In this document: positions 1 to 10,444 of the stretch, in pieces | How the letters are laid out: every line of letters starts with the position of its first letter | Position numbering within the stretch: the first letter of the stretch is position 1 | Source: Ginkgo biloba | Lineage: Eukaryota > Plantae > Ginkgophyta | Reading direction: 5' to 3' | Length of the DNA: 21,553 nt | Assembly: GCA_024626585.2 (NCBI GenBank) | Contig: JANKJI020000004.1 | Span: 172,967,360-172,988,912, forward strand | The notes under the pieces: model-generated | Told to the model about the DNA's origin: nothing | The model's input: only the letters and a program-made list of their open reading frames with translations | Databases searched by the model: none | Made by a program: the position numbers and the translations under genes

Positions 1-254
1 TATCCAAATTTCCCTTGAATGATAGGAGCATTTGAAGTTTGGAAACCTTGCATATTTTGAATGAGAGATTGATAGATTTCCTTCTGATTTTTGTTTTGTT
101 TGTTCTTTATTTTGGTTAATTGTTTTGATAAAAGAAAGGAGAAAAGAAAAGGGAAAATTGTAGGAAAGGGAGCGTCAAAAAATATATATATAAGGACAAA
201 AAAAAGTATAATAATAAAGTTGGGGCAAAGGGGTCTAAGTCTCCCAAATACCAC

Positions 255-680
255 CTAAACTTTATTTTTACAAATAAAAGAGCAGAGTTTTCTGAAACTC
301 CTCCAACAGATAAGAGGCTGAGGAATGTGATGAAGTTCTTTGTCCTTGGTCCAAGACTCGAACATGTGATTGGTCACAGAAGTCGTGATCTTCAAATCTC
401 TATAAAATTGACTGTTATCGAGTTTGAAGATTAGAGGAACATTCTTTCTTCTTCTCTTTCTTGNNNNNNNNNNNNNNNNNNNNTCTAAGAATTGTTGAAG
501 TAGACTTGGTCGAAGATCAAATTTAATGGCAGCGAATAGAGGAAGAAGAACTTTGGCAAGATATCCTCGAGCACGAAGCCTGTGGAAAAACTTATGTTTA
601 ATTTCAGTGAAGCCTTCCCTGGTGCTCTCTCTGATCAAAAGTCTTTTAAGTTCATTGGAAATAAAAGACAACTTCAAATA
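255..680 (-). mobile_element. Penelope-like retroelement (PLE) remnant: C-terminal RT thumb/helical region, 5'-truncated
   Basis: The translation YLKLSFISNELKRLLIRESTREGFTEIKHKFFHRLRARGYLAKVLLPLFAAIKFDLRPSLL...PQPLICWRSFRKLCSFI fits the PLE RT C-terminal pattern (K.SFI..EL.R....S....F......F..RL.ARGY....L...F, then P...WR...L). The frame is open across a 20-N gap (464-483) to TAG at 257-255. Homology ends at 680/681, where an LTR-like TGTCAACCC begins. Confidence 0.7.
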
Positions 681-2190
681 TGTCAACCCATAATCAAGGC
701 CTTCTTTTCATGTTGTGCTTTGTAGGGAAACCAAAGAGTATGGTTCCAGATGCAAGAAGGGGAGCACGAAGAAAAAGAGTTGCCCAAGCAAATAGAAGCA
801 ACGTTGAATAAATGAAGTCATTCGGGAGTTTAGGAAAGCTGTGACGACTCGAGGAATCAAATGTGATAAGTCACCTACATGCAGCCTTGCGGACTTGAAC
901 AAAGATAGATATAAGTTGATAGTTAATGAAAGACTATTCAAAGTTTTGGAGTTCAGCGTTCAGGATGGCTTGAGGAAATAAAGGAGAAAATTTTACTCAC
1001 TCAACTTCGTGGACACGAGTGGAAATTATATTGCAGTAAATCAAAAATTCACGTCCAAGCCTCAAAATTTGGAAGACTTGAATTGGGCGACTTTCCTTTT
1101 TGAAGCTCCTAGGTGACGGACCCAAAAAATAATAAAAAAGCAGAGTTAATAAAGTTTTCAGGAGACGGAGTTCGAACCCTTCATAAAGTCATTTTACAAA
1201 TGATCCCCTTGGACCTAAGAGCTTATGAATCACAATTAGGAAGACTTCAGGTTTCAGAGTTTTAAGTTTGAGAGCTCAAAAAATAGATGGAAGGGTTCAT
1301 TTGCTCACAACCTCATGGACCTTAACAGAGAGCAATTATAGTTAATTAAAACTTCATTTATGGGCTTCCTTAGAAACAATGATTAGAGTTTAATATTTCT
1401 AGATTTTTTCAACCCATGAGACATCAAGGGCAAGATAGAACAAGTGAAATTCCCAAGAAACATGTCACTATAAGGTCAAATCATATTGTGGGTCGCCAAC
1501 TACTCTTTTAAAAGGAAAAGATAGTTGGTGCACTCGTCCTCTCGCATGCCACAAATTCAAGTGATGATACCTACACTCAATGTTGAGGAAGGCACCATGT
1601 TGTGCCCTTCACATGACATACAAGTGTTAACCAAATCCCCATTCTTGCATTTATAATGAAGATCTAAATACATCCCCAAAGATCTTTGGGGGAAAAGGTG
1701 AGGAGTTATTATATGTGTCTAAGCCATTGTGAGGAGGAAGGACCACCATAGCCAAAAGAAGATTATGTTCGAATGAATAAAGTTCAGGGGATTCACTTTA
1801 GAGAAAAATTAAGGTGAAGACAAAAGCAATCCCTTGGTTAGAAAGTAAGTGAACATTCGAATCAAGGGATGGTCACTCCTACCTGGATGCCTTTTCAAAC
1901 TTGGTTTGATTGGGGAGAGGGGTGAAGAGAAAGGAATAGGGAGAAAAATTAATGATACAATTCTAAGAAAGTGAACCAAGAGGAAATAAACAAAAATGAA
2001 GTTTCTTCTACTTTTCCGTAGTCTTTGTATTATACTTGCTTTTAGATGGGAAGTGAGAATCTACAGCTTGGTCCAAGAGCAAGATGAGGTTTCCCATGTG
2101 AACTCCCACCCATGGGAATGAAAGTTGTGGTTTATGTAGTTCTAAGATCTATGTTATTCTTCCTAAGCCTTTCAAGTTGTAAGTCATAAG
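681..2190. mobile_element. LTR-retrotransposon LTR-like/non-coding sequence interrupting the PLE
   Basis: Starts TGTCAACCC exactly where PLE coding homology stops. Contains GGGTCGCCA (1490-1498) followed by an imperfect hairpin ccaactactctttt...aaaagatagttgg (1496-1528), reminiscent of Tat/Ogre LTR motifs. No recognisable coding. The right boundary is approximate. Confidence 0.35.
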
Positions 2191-2666
2191 GGTCAAGTCA
2201 GTGTGATCATCGCCTTTAGGATGCCACAATCTGTTTGATACAGGTGTGTATGTATCCTTCCAAACCACTGCTGCTGAACATTAGAAGATTTTGCTGAACA
2301 TGGCAATAAGTTGAGAAAGCGCCTTGCCACCATCACAGGAGCAGATGTTGACATGCGAGACCTTGGAAAGACAATGGGAGACTTCTTTCCCTTTTTCATG
2401 CCCAAGCTTCATTCCTCTTCAAATCTTTGTGACACTATTGGCTTGATGTCCCCAAATCATTTCTACACTCACAGTGCTTCACTCGCTCCTTGACTCAACT
2501 CGTGAACTTCTATCGGTCATTAATGAACCCCAAACAATTGATCTCGCCAACTGCCTATCAACCANNNNNNNNNNNNNNNNNNNNNNNNNNNNNNNNNNNN
2601 NNNNNNNNNNNNNNNNNNNNNNNNNNNNNNNNNNNNNNNNNNNNNNNNNNNNNNNNNNNNNNNNTG

Positions 2667-3164
2667 AGAGACTTTCTCACTACTGACACAAAATGAATCA
2701 AAACTCAGATCAGGAGAATGAAACAATGTCAGAATATAGGCACAAATGGACAAGAATTCTTTACGAAATCCAAAAATGGGACATCATCTTTTAAGAAAAA
2801 AAGTTAAAACAAAGGAAACAATCCAGTTGATCATTTTGCAGTATCATGAACATCTAAGAATGAGGTAGTGGCAGANNNNNNNNNNNNTGTAGCAAGTATT
2901 CCATTAAAATTGAAATTCTTTACCAGTATTATCATATTGTTTGCCATCATTTGACCTAAGAGACTTTCTCACTACTGACACTAAATGAATTAAAACTCAG
3001 GTCAGGAGAATGAAAAATGTCAGAATATAGGCACAAATGGACGAGAGTTCTTTAAGACGTCCAAAAATGGGACATCATCTTTTTAGAAAAAAAACAAAGG
3101 AAACAATCCAGTTGATCGTTTTGCAGTATCGAGAACATATAAGAATGAGAGACCCACTGGCAGA
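2667..3164. repeat. Direct tandem duplication of ~205 bp (copies 2667-2875 and 2959-3164, offset ~292)
   Basis: Both copies share AGAGACTTTCTCACTACTGACAC, AATGTCAGAATATAGGCACAAATGGAC, CCAAAAATGGGACATCATCTTTT and AAACAAAGGAAACAATCCAGTTGATC, with scattered substitutions and indels. Confidence 0.9.
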
Positions 3165-3360
3165 CACTACAAATCCACTGTCAAAAAAATGCAAGCTTCA
3201 AATAGACTTTCTGACTAGACTGCTGAATCAGCTAAATGCAAAGAAGAATGATGAGATACCTATTGTTATTGCAAACATTACAACTCTACTGTGAAAAATA
3301 CAAGCTTCAAATATACTTCATAACTAAACTGTCCCATTAGCTAAATGGAAGGAAGATGAC
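3160..3360. repeat. Diverged tandem duplication, period ~110 bp
   Basis: gcagacactacaaatccactgtcaaaaaaatgcaagcttcaaatagactt...agctaaatgcaaagaag compared with gcaaacattacaactctactgtgaaaaatacaagcttcaaatatactt...agctaaatggaaggaag. Confidence 0.75.
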
Positions 3361-3736
3361 ATCAAATTGTCTGCTCGACTACTCAAAATTGAAGTTTCAA
3401 ATGTTGAGTAATCAAGTGCATTTCAATTTCTGCTACATAAACTTCACCCAATAAATTTTATCAACCCAAGATTAACTAAAGAAAAACAAATACCTACAAC
3501 ATTTAATACTAGTTATTTTGTCTTCCGATGGTAGAGGGTGCAAAAAGATCTTTCTGAATGCCTTATGCCTCCAAACAGAAAGGAAAAGATAACTCAACCA
3601 GAAAAGAAAATTTTGAAATCAAGAGCAACCCACTATATTGTTTCTGTTGTTACACATTTTAATATTTTATTGTTCATAATATTAATTTTCAGTTTAAGTA
3701 TCAATATTTGAATCTACTACATTAGTATTTTCATAC

Positions 3737-3913
3737 CTTGATCATTTCTCCAATGATTAAGCCTATGCTTGTAGCTCCTGCTTTCCTAGCTTGCTGCAAC
3801 CTTTGAAGGTCCTGGAGCCATCTTCCTATTTTTGACCTAGCAGCAGCTGCCACGGACATGGAACCAAGCCCAGCACTCTCAACCCCTACTGGCGGTTCAA
3901 TAAATTCATACTT
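3737..3913 (-). CDS. SCAPER: SCAPER-like protein, 3' end of the coiled-coil exon
   Basis: 59 open codons, KYEFIEPPVGVESAGLGSMSVAAAARSKIGRWLQDLQRLQQARKAGATSIGLIIGEMIK, matching the plant SCAPER segment (..AKIGRWLQELQ.LRQARKEGA.SIGLI..EMIK). Followed by a canonical AAG|GTATGA donor at 3736. Too short for, and absent from, the ORF track. Confidence 0.8.
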
Positions 3914-3956
3914 CTACGCCATTAGCCTCTAGTGTATTTTTTTTCACCTTCTTCTT
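3914..3956 (-). pseudogene. Degenerate duplicate of SCAPER exon sequence (copy of 4997-5032)
   Basis: AAG AAG AAG GTG AAA AAA A ATA CAC TAG AGG CTA ATG GCG TAG compared with the intact AAG AAG AGG GTG AAA AAA ACA CGC CAG AGG CTG ATG. It carries a 1-nt insertion and stops at 3931-3929 and 3916-3914. Confidence 0.75.
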
Positions 3957-3974
3957 ATTATTCCTCGTATTGTG

Positions 3975-4490
3975 AGGAAAATTTTTGACCTCATGCCCAT
4001 ACTCCTTGAAAATTTCATAAAAATCCATAATGGGATTTGAGTTATGTTAGTGAATGGGACTTTTATCTTTATACGCTTCTGCATGTATCACTACCAATGT
4101 TGATGAACCTACAAATGGGCACTGGCTCTTAGTATGACCTAGTTTTGAACACTTAGTGCACCATATTTCATCCCAAGAAGCATTCTTTTTTACTATCAAC
4201 TGACTCAATTGTTGTTGTATTTCCTCTTAATATCATTTGATCCATTCATTACTTGATCCTCCTTGGAGTCAAACTCTATCATGTTCTATGATTGTGGCTC
4301 TTTCAAATGCTTCCTAGATGTAAGTCAACTTATGTTATCAAATTAATGTTCTAATTTTTAATTTTAGTCCATCAACATAATAAGTGACTTGGTGTTTGAT
4401 AGGATGTGCTTTATCCAATTGACTCATTAGTGTTTTAATATTTTATCATAGTCAAACACTAATTCTCCCAGTAATTACTTCACCAACCAA
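3975..4490 (-). mobile_element. Decayed Ty3/gypsy gag fragment with CCHC zinc knuckle
   Basis: Translation with stops and a frameshift: K*LLGELVFDYDK/KTLMSQLD...YYVDGLKLKIR...EAFERATIIE...WCTKCSKLGHTKSQCP. A perfect CX2CX4HX4C lies at 4160-4119, followed by a degenerate second knuckle (FYEI/QEYGHEVKNFP). Confidence 0.8.
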
Positions 4491-4996
4491 AATTTTGATA
4501 TGGCCAATTCATCCCGATCTGGGTGTTGGAACCTGGATATAAATAGATTTTTGAATTATTGAATATTTTTTATGTTATTTATGATTTTGATAAACTAATA
4601 TAATATGTATTTATTCAATCTATAACCAAATTCATTAATTTTTCATTTCTCATTTTGGGTGCTTCTAGTTTCCCATATACTTATGCATTTCAACCAGTGA
4701 GTTTTCAGGTTACTAGAACCATCATAATCTGACAGTTGCATATATGGTTCCAAATTTCAATTGATAGACATGATAGTCTAGAAGTTGTGAATTAAAAATA
4801 TGTGGACACTACTGACAGACCGCAATTCTTCGTTGTTGTAATTGCTTTCATCGTTGCCTGATGCTTTGTCAGAAAACCCCCGCTCTCTGCTCATGCNNNN
4901 NNNNNNNNNNNNNNNNNNNNNNNNNNNNNNNNNNNNNNNNNNNNNNNNNNNNNNNNNNNNNNNNNNNNNNNNNNNNNNNNNNNNNNNNNNNNNNNN

Positions 4997-5884
4997 CATC
5001 AGCCTCTGGCGTGTTTTTTTCACCCTCTTCTTCACAGATTGTTGCTGTGAAAGACTACTACAAGACCTCGGACCAAAGCCAGTCAGTCCTGTAATGACAT
5101 TTGCTAGGTAACCTTCAACAGCTTGATTAACCATAGATCTTGGCTGCCCATCCCTGCTTGAAGGGCGCCGAGATGATGGAGATGCTTGTTCTCGAAAATC
5201 CATTGCAGCTTTTTCACGTATCTGCTCCAAGTAGACTTTCCGGCGAAGCTCACTCTCACTCAACCTCTCCGCTAATTTTTGTGCTTGAAGTTCAGCTTCT
5301 TCTTGTTGAGCTTTGGCTCTGACTTCCTTTTTTCTAACTTGTTCCACAGCTTTTGCTTCACGTGCTGCACTGGCTGCTTTGCGCTCTTCTTCTCTTCTAG
5401 CTTGAGCTTCCTCCTTTTTACGTTGTGTCTCAGCAAGGCGTTGTAATTTCTCAGCCTCCAATAATTTTCTGCGTTCCAGTACTGCTTCTTCCCTAGCTAT
5501 ATCCTCTTTCTGTTTAATTTTGATAATCTGTAGCCGCTCAGCTCTTCTCAACTCTGAATCCTGTAGTTTTTGTCGTAAAGAGAGTTTTTTATTCTCTTCA
5601 TTCAATGAGGTAATAAATCGGACTTCACTTACTTTGCTGCTCTCGTCACTTGCTCTTCTTGCTATCTGAGCTAGATAAGCTTCATGGCGTGACTCCCCAC
5701 GCTGCTGGCGAGCATACATACCCTCTCTAAGTTTTGAGCTTCTTACAGCCTGCCACTCACTAACACGGTTCAATTTTTCAGAAGCCCGTTGTAAGCGTTG
5801 TGCTCGTTCATTTTCTAGTTCTCTTCTTATCCTTGTTGCCCGTGCGTGCTTCTCATCAACGTCTTTTTTCATATCTAGTGGACT
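4997..5884 (-). CDS. SCAPER: SCAPER-like protein, coiled-coil exon (partial; 3' end runs into gap)
   Basis: 296 open codons, SPLDMKKDVDEKHARATRIRRELENERAQRLQRASEKLNRVSEWQAVR...VRFITSLNEENKKLSLRQKLQDSELRRAE...KKRVKKTRQRLM. This is the conserved plant SCAPER charged coiled-coil block. Confidence 0.92.
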
Positions 5885-6958
5885 TGAACAAATATATATA
5901 TGACATGAACAAATAAAGAATATTTATAAATTAAAAGAGGTAAATTCAATAGTAGGATAATATCTCTTAAATTAAAATAGGGTTTTAAGTGGGTTATTGG
6001 GTTTATGTATGAATCTGATTATACAAGTAGACATTCTTGAAAGGAGAATAAGTCCATATGATAAATAGTTAAACTAAGATAATTTCATTAGATCCTCTAT
6101 TAGATTATCAAGAGATAATCTTTTATCTGCAACATGGGATTTTCCCTAAAGGCTTAACCAGGAAATAAAAGAGAACTTTAAAGTTGAAAGCATCCAATTT
6201 TATCCTAATTGNNNNNNNNNNNNNNNNNNNNNNNNNNNNNNNNNNNNNNNNNNNNNNNNNNNNNNNNNNNNNNNNNNNNNNNNNNNNNNNNNNNNNNNNN
6301 NNNNNNNNNNNNNNNNNNNNNNNNNNNNNNNNNNNNNNNNNNNNNNNNNNNNNNNNNNNNNNNNNNNNNNNNNNNNNNNNNNNNNNNNNNNNNNNNNNNN
6401 NNNNNNNNNNNNNNNNNNNNNNNNNNNNNNNNNNNNNNNNNNNNNNNNNNNNNNNNNNNNNNNNNNNNNNNNNNNNNNNNNNNNNNNNNNNNNNNNNNNN
6501 NNNNNNNNNNNNNNNNNNNNNNNNNNNNNNNNNNNNNNNNNNNNNNNNNNNNNNNNNNNNNNNNNNNNNNNNNNNNNNNNNNNNNNNNNNNNNNNNNNNN
6601 NNNNNNNNNNNNNNNNNNNNNNNNNNNNNNNNNNNNNNNNNNNNNNNNNNNNNNNNNNNNNNNNNNNNNNNNNNNNNNNNNNNNNNNNNNNNNNNNNNNN
6701 NNNNNNNNNNNNNNNNNNNNNNNNNNNNNNNNNNNNNNNNNNNNNNNNNNNNNNNNNNNNNNNNNNNNNNNNNNNNNNNNNNNNNNNNNNNNNNNNNNNN
6801 NNNNNNNNNNNNNNNNNNNNNNNNNNNNNNNNNNNNNNNNNNNNNNNNNNNNNNNNNNNNNNNNNNNNNNNNNNNNNNNNNNNNNNNNNNNNNNNNNNNN
6901 NNNNNNNNNNNNNNNNNNNNNNNNNNNNNNNNNNNNNNNNNNNNNNNNNNNNNNNNNN

Positions 6959-7732
6959 TAATGATGGATCACACATATATTGATGTGCATTGTTTCATGA
7001 TTGATTTTTAGCAGTTAGTTGCATTGTAAAAATAGATTAATAATGATCAAGCACAATTTAGTTGACAGTTAAGGGACATGTCCCTAACTGCCTTACTGTT
7101 ATGTAGGGGATGAAAAGCAGGTAATCCTTGTAATTTGCACGAGAATCAACATAGGAGATTAGATCATATATGAGAGGTGCTAACTGACCTTCGTCTATCA
7201 TTGATGAATGAGTGAAGATTCTTTGCTAGCCCTGCACTCCCTTGTGATTGTCTTGATTGTGACTGTAGCATTAATCAGAGAGAGTGTGAAGATAATGAGA
7301 GAGAGAGAGAGAGAGAGGTGGTGTCTGAATAGGCAATGATCTCCACCCATTGACATCGTAGGACCTCTCTGACAGTTAAGAGAGACGTGTCTCAAAATTC
7401 GTTCCGTTGCATCCTGTACTTATTGGTCAGCGATAAACAAGATCGCAAGATGATTCTTCAAGGATGTAGACCAGAATACATAGTTAGGCAGGATTGTATC
7501 TAGAAAGGGATTCATGCTCCAGCTCAAAGAGAATGATTGCATCCCATAATTGTTAACTCGTTGTATGCAATCATTGGATTGTAGCCCGTAACTGTCTGAT
7601 TTTAACCTGTTGACAGATAATCATGACAGGCAAATGGATCGTGATGGTTGGTAGGGAAGTGTCTTAATAGTGTGATATGTCCACAATCTGATCTCGAATT
7701 TGCTCAGTAAGTGCCAAGATTTTTTGATAGAA
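6959..7732. mobile_element. LTR-like non-coding repeat sequence
   Basis: Non-coding. Contains the near-palindrome CAGTTAAGGGACATGTCCCTAACTG (7066-7090), a related GACAGTTAAGAGAGACGTGTCTC (7371-7393), an 11-bp inverted repeat and a GA microsatellite. The termini are hidden by gaps, so the LTR call is inference. Confidence 0.3.
7297..7317. repeat. (GA)10 microsatellite
   Basis: Read directly from the sequence. Confidence 0.95.
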
Positions 7733-8664
7733 NNNNNNNNNNNNNNNNTACATTTCAAAGTAGATGGCAGTGAATATTCTTCAGGATGAGGAATAGCAGT
7801 TGGAAAGACTGCACATTCTTAGGGTGCCTAAAGATATGCATATCTTTCAAAAAAGAAGGCAATTCTTGATAGCAAACAGAATTGTTCAAGATTTTCTGGA
7901 TGATATAGTTATCATGGGTGCAGTGAACCTGGCTGCTTCTGTGATGCTTTCTAAGCATCTAGCAGNNNNNNNNNNNNNNNNNNNNNNNNNNNNNNNNNNN
8001 NNNNNNNNNNNNNNNNNNNNNNNNNNNNNNNNNNNNNNNNNNNNNNNNNNNNNNNNNNNNNNNNNGCAGGTATGATCGAGTGGAGATGAAGATCCATAGG
8101 TTTATGAAGACTGAATTCATTCATAGGTTGATTAAATAGGTTAAAGATGATCATGTTTGGTGGTTTGCTGAATTATAGGGATGAGTACGAACATGAAGAC
8201 ATGTGCAAAAACAAAGACAAGTACAAAATGGACCAAGGCAATTGTGTGAAGTACAACAGAAGAGGCTAGCACTTTCACTAGGGTTGATAAGGATGGTGCA
8301 AAGGAGACACCTAATTGTGCATCTCATATACTCACAGAGGATTCAAGGTACTACAGCCAAGTGTCCATTCTCCCTGTTGTAGAGGAGATTGAGGGAAGTT
8401 GTACAGACCATCATGCAAAAGCAGAAGAAGATCCTCAGGCATCTATAAATGTTGAATTTCAAAAACCAAGTCACGCTTCTCCCAGTGGATATCTTTCACC
8501 AAGTTGTGAAAACAGTGGATTAGACGTTGTGAATTATTACAAGAGGAGCCACTCAATGTTCATAAAAAACATTTTTTCATACTACAAGTATGGGCACAAT
8601 GAGGAGTCTTAATCAACCATCACCACCAAATAATCCATCTGCAGCAGTTGCTTTTGCAGACAAT

Positions 8665-8990
8665 TCTTTTGCACCAATGGCTTATGATGGGACATGTGAT
8701 CCAGCAAATTATCTTGCTCTTTTCCAGAGGATGATTGAGATCCAATAGAGGAAGGAACCATTAGGGTAGTTTTTCTGGGTATGTGTACAATGAGAATGTG
8801 AATAAAGAAGATAAAGCAAGCAAGGAGTCTGGCTATAAGGAATATAGAAGTAACATAAATAACATTCATAATTTGTTCAGTTTGGAATGGGAACATTAAT
8901 AGAAAGACTGCCCAATATAGAAGAATGTTAGCGATTCAATTTGAAGGAAATATGGACCTGCTGATCATGAGTATGAAGATTGTCCCAAGA
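8665..8990 (+). mobile_element. Decayed Ty3/gypsy gag fragment
   Basis: YDGTCDPANYLALF (from 8683) fits the gag N-terminal YDG..DP...L..F motif. Two degenerate zinc knuckles follow: CSVWNG/H**KDCP (from 8874) and *RKYGPADHEYEDCP (8942-8986). Confidence 0.55.
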
Positions 8991-10444
8991 ATCTAAAATC
9001 CCAAAGGCTGCTAAATTTCTGGTGATCAGTGTCGATGCAAGTGAAGTTGGCAATGAAGGTTAAACTCGGTATATTAATAAACAACGTAAATATCAAGCAT
9101 GACCAGAATTGTCCTAATCATGGAAAGTGTAAGGAAAACATAAAGTAGTACTGGAGTAATTCCACCAGTGAAGAGCTCATTTCAATAATCTGATAGGAAG
9201 CAGACTCGAGCTTCAGAAAGCTGAGTTCTCCCACCAAAAAGCAAAATCTGCAAAATCTTGAACAGGCAGCATATTACATGCTCCTGTCTAGCTGCTTGAA
9301 AACCTAGAACATCTATCGTCTATCTATTTACTGGATTCATCAAGAGTAGGACTTCCAAGTATGGACTCATAAAGCACGGCCTCCTTGCAGGATCTCAATG
9401 AAAGGAATTTGTGTGCTAGATGACCCTCAAGCATGCAGACAGGGTACTATCCTACATCATCTATTAGCATATCCCTCAAACAACATCACCCCTACAATTT
9501 TACGGAATCCTTCTTCACCGCTTGTGGATTGACAAAATCAATCCTCCCCAAAGAGGTTCAACGGTATCCACCCTTCCAACATCTCAAAGCCATCTAGACC
9601 TAAACAAGATCCTGCCAGCCTCGTGAGTTATGACTTCATTTCCATTCCTTTACATCGTTGTACAGAAAGGTCCATTAAGTGAATTCCTAAACATACAAAT
9701 ACAATCCCTATCTGAGGTATGCTCGCATCTAACTGACCAAATATAATGTTCATGGTCAATACTCCTATTGCCTACATCATCGAGCCATAACAAGAACTCA
9801 TTCACAAAAGCATTACAAAAGAACCTTCATAAAAGATATTAAATCTTACCAAACAGTCTTCAAACTGCCTCAATCTTACTCCACAATAATTCTGGTCTGT
9901 GCCAAACCTCAAACTTGCAGGTGTAACTACTTCAAAGTCCCAATTTGATAACGGCAAATTGCTTCTAAGCCCAAAAACAACAGGGTAAAATGTTCTAAGG
10001 CCCTAAAATAGCAGGCCATAATACCTTCCAGACTCAAAATGCAAGCTGCAGGTGTTGGGAACCACTCTAGCAGCAGGATGGAGTGAACAAGAGGGCAATA
10101 TAATGTTAGAATATAATATTTATTTTAACATTTAATGTTAGTAGTAATAAATGTTAGTCATAGGTTATNNNNNNNNNNNNNNNNNNNNNNNNNNNNNNNN
10201 NNNNNNNNNNNNNNNNNNNNNNNNNNNNNNNNNNNNNNNNNNNNNNNNNNNNNNNNNNNNNNNNNNNNTCAGACAAGGGGGACCTATTCCATCAAAATCA
10301 CCCAGTGATTGCATCTTCCCCCTGCTTGCCCCACTTTGGATTGACGGGAATTATTTGAAACCTAATCTATTTCAAAACTAATCTATTTGCAACATACACT
10401 TGCACAGAGCGTACAATTTTCAATTAAAGTGGAGGCAATGTGCA

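Noticed and set aside
3037-3294. 85-aa plus-strand ORF
   Set aside because: It is built from two tandem-duplicated intronic units, and the sister copy is not open.
4778-4896. C-terminal MSRERGFSDK...IHNF part of the 364-aa ORF
   Set aside because: It lies across a 100-N placeholder gap and has no SCAPER similarity; the expected continuation is at 3913-3737.
6184-7011. Long ORFs in the track at 6184-7011 (also 14738-15463 and other X-filled ORFs)
   Set aside because: They are open only because they run through N gaps.
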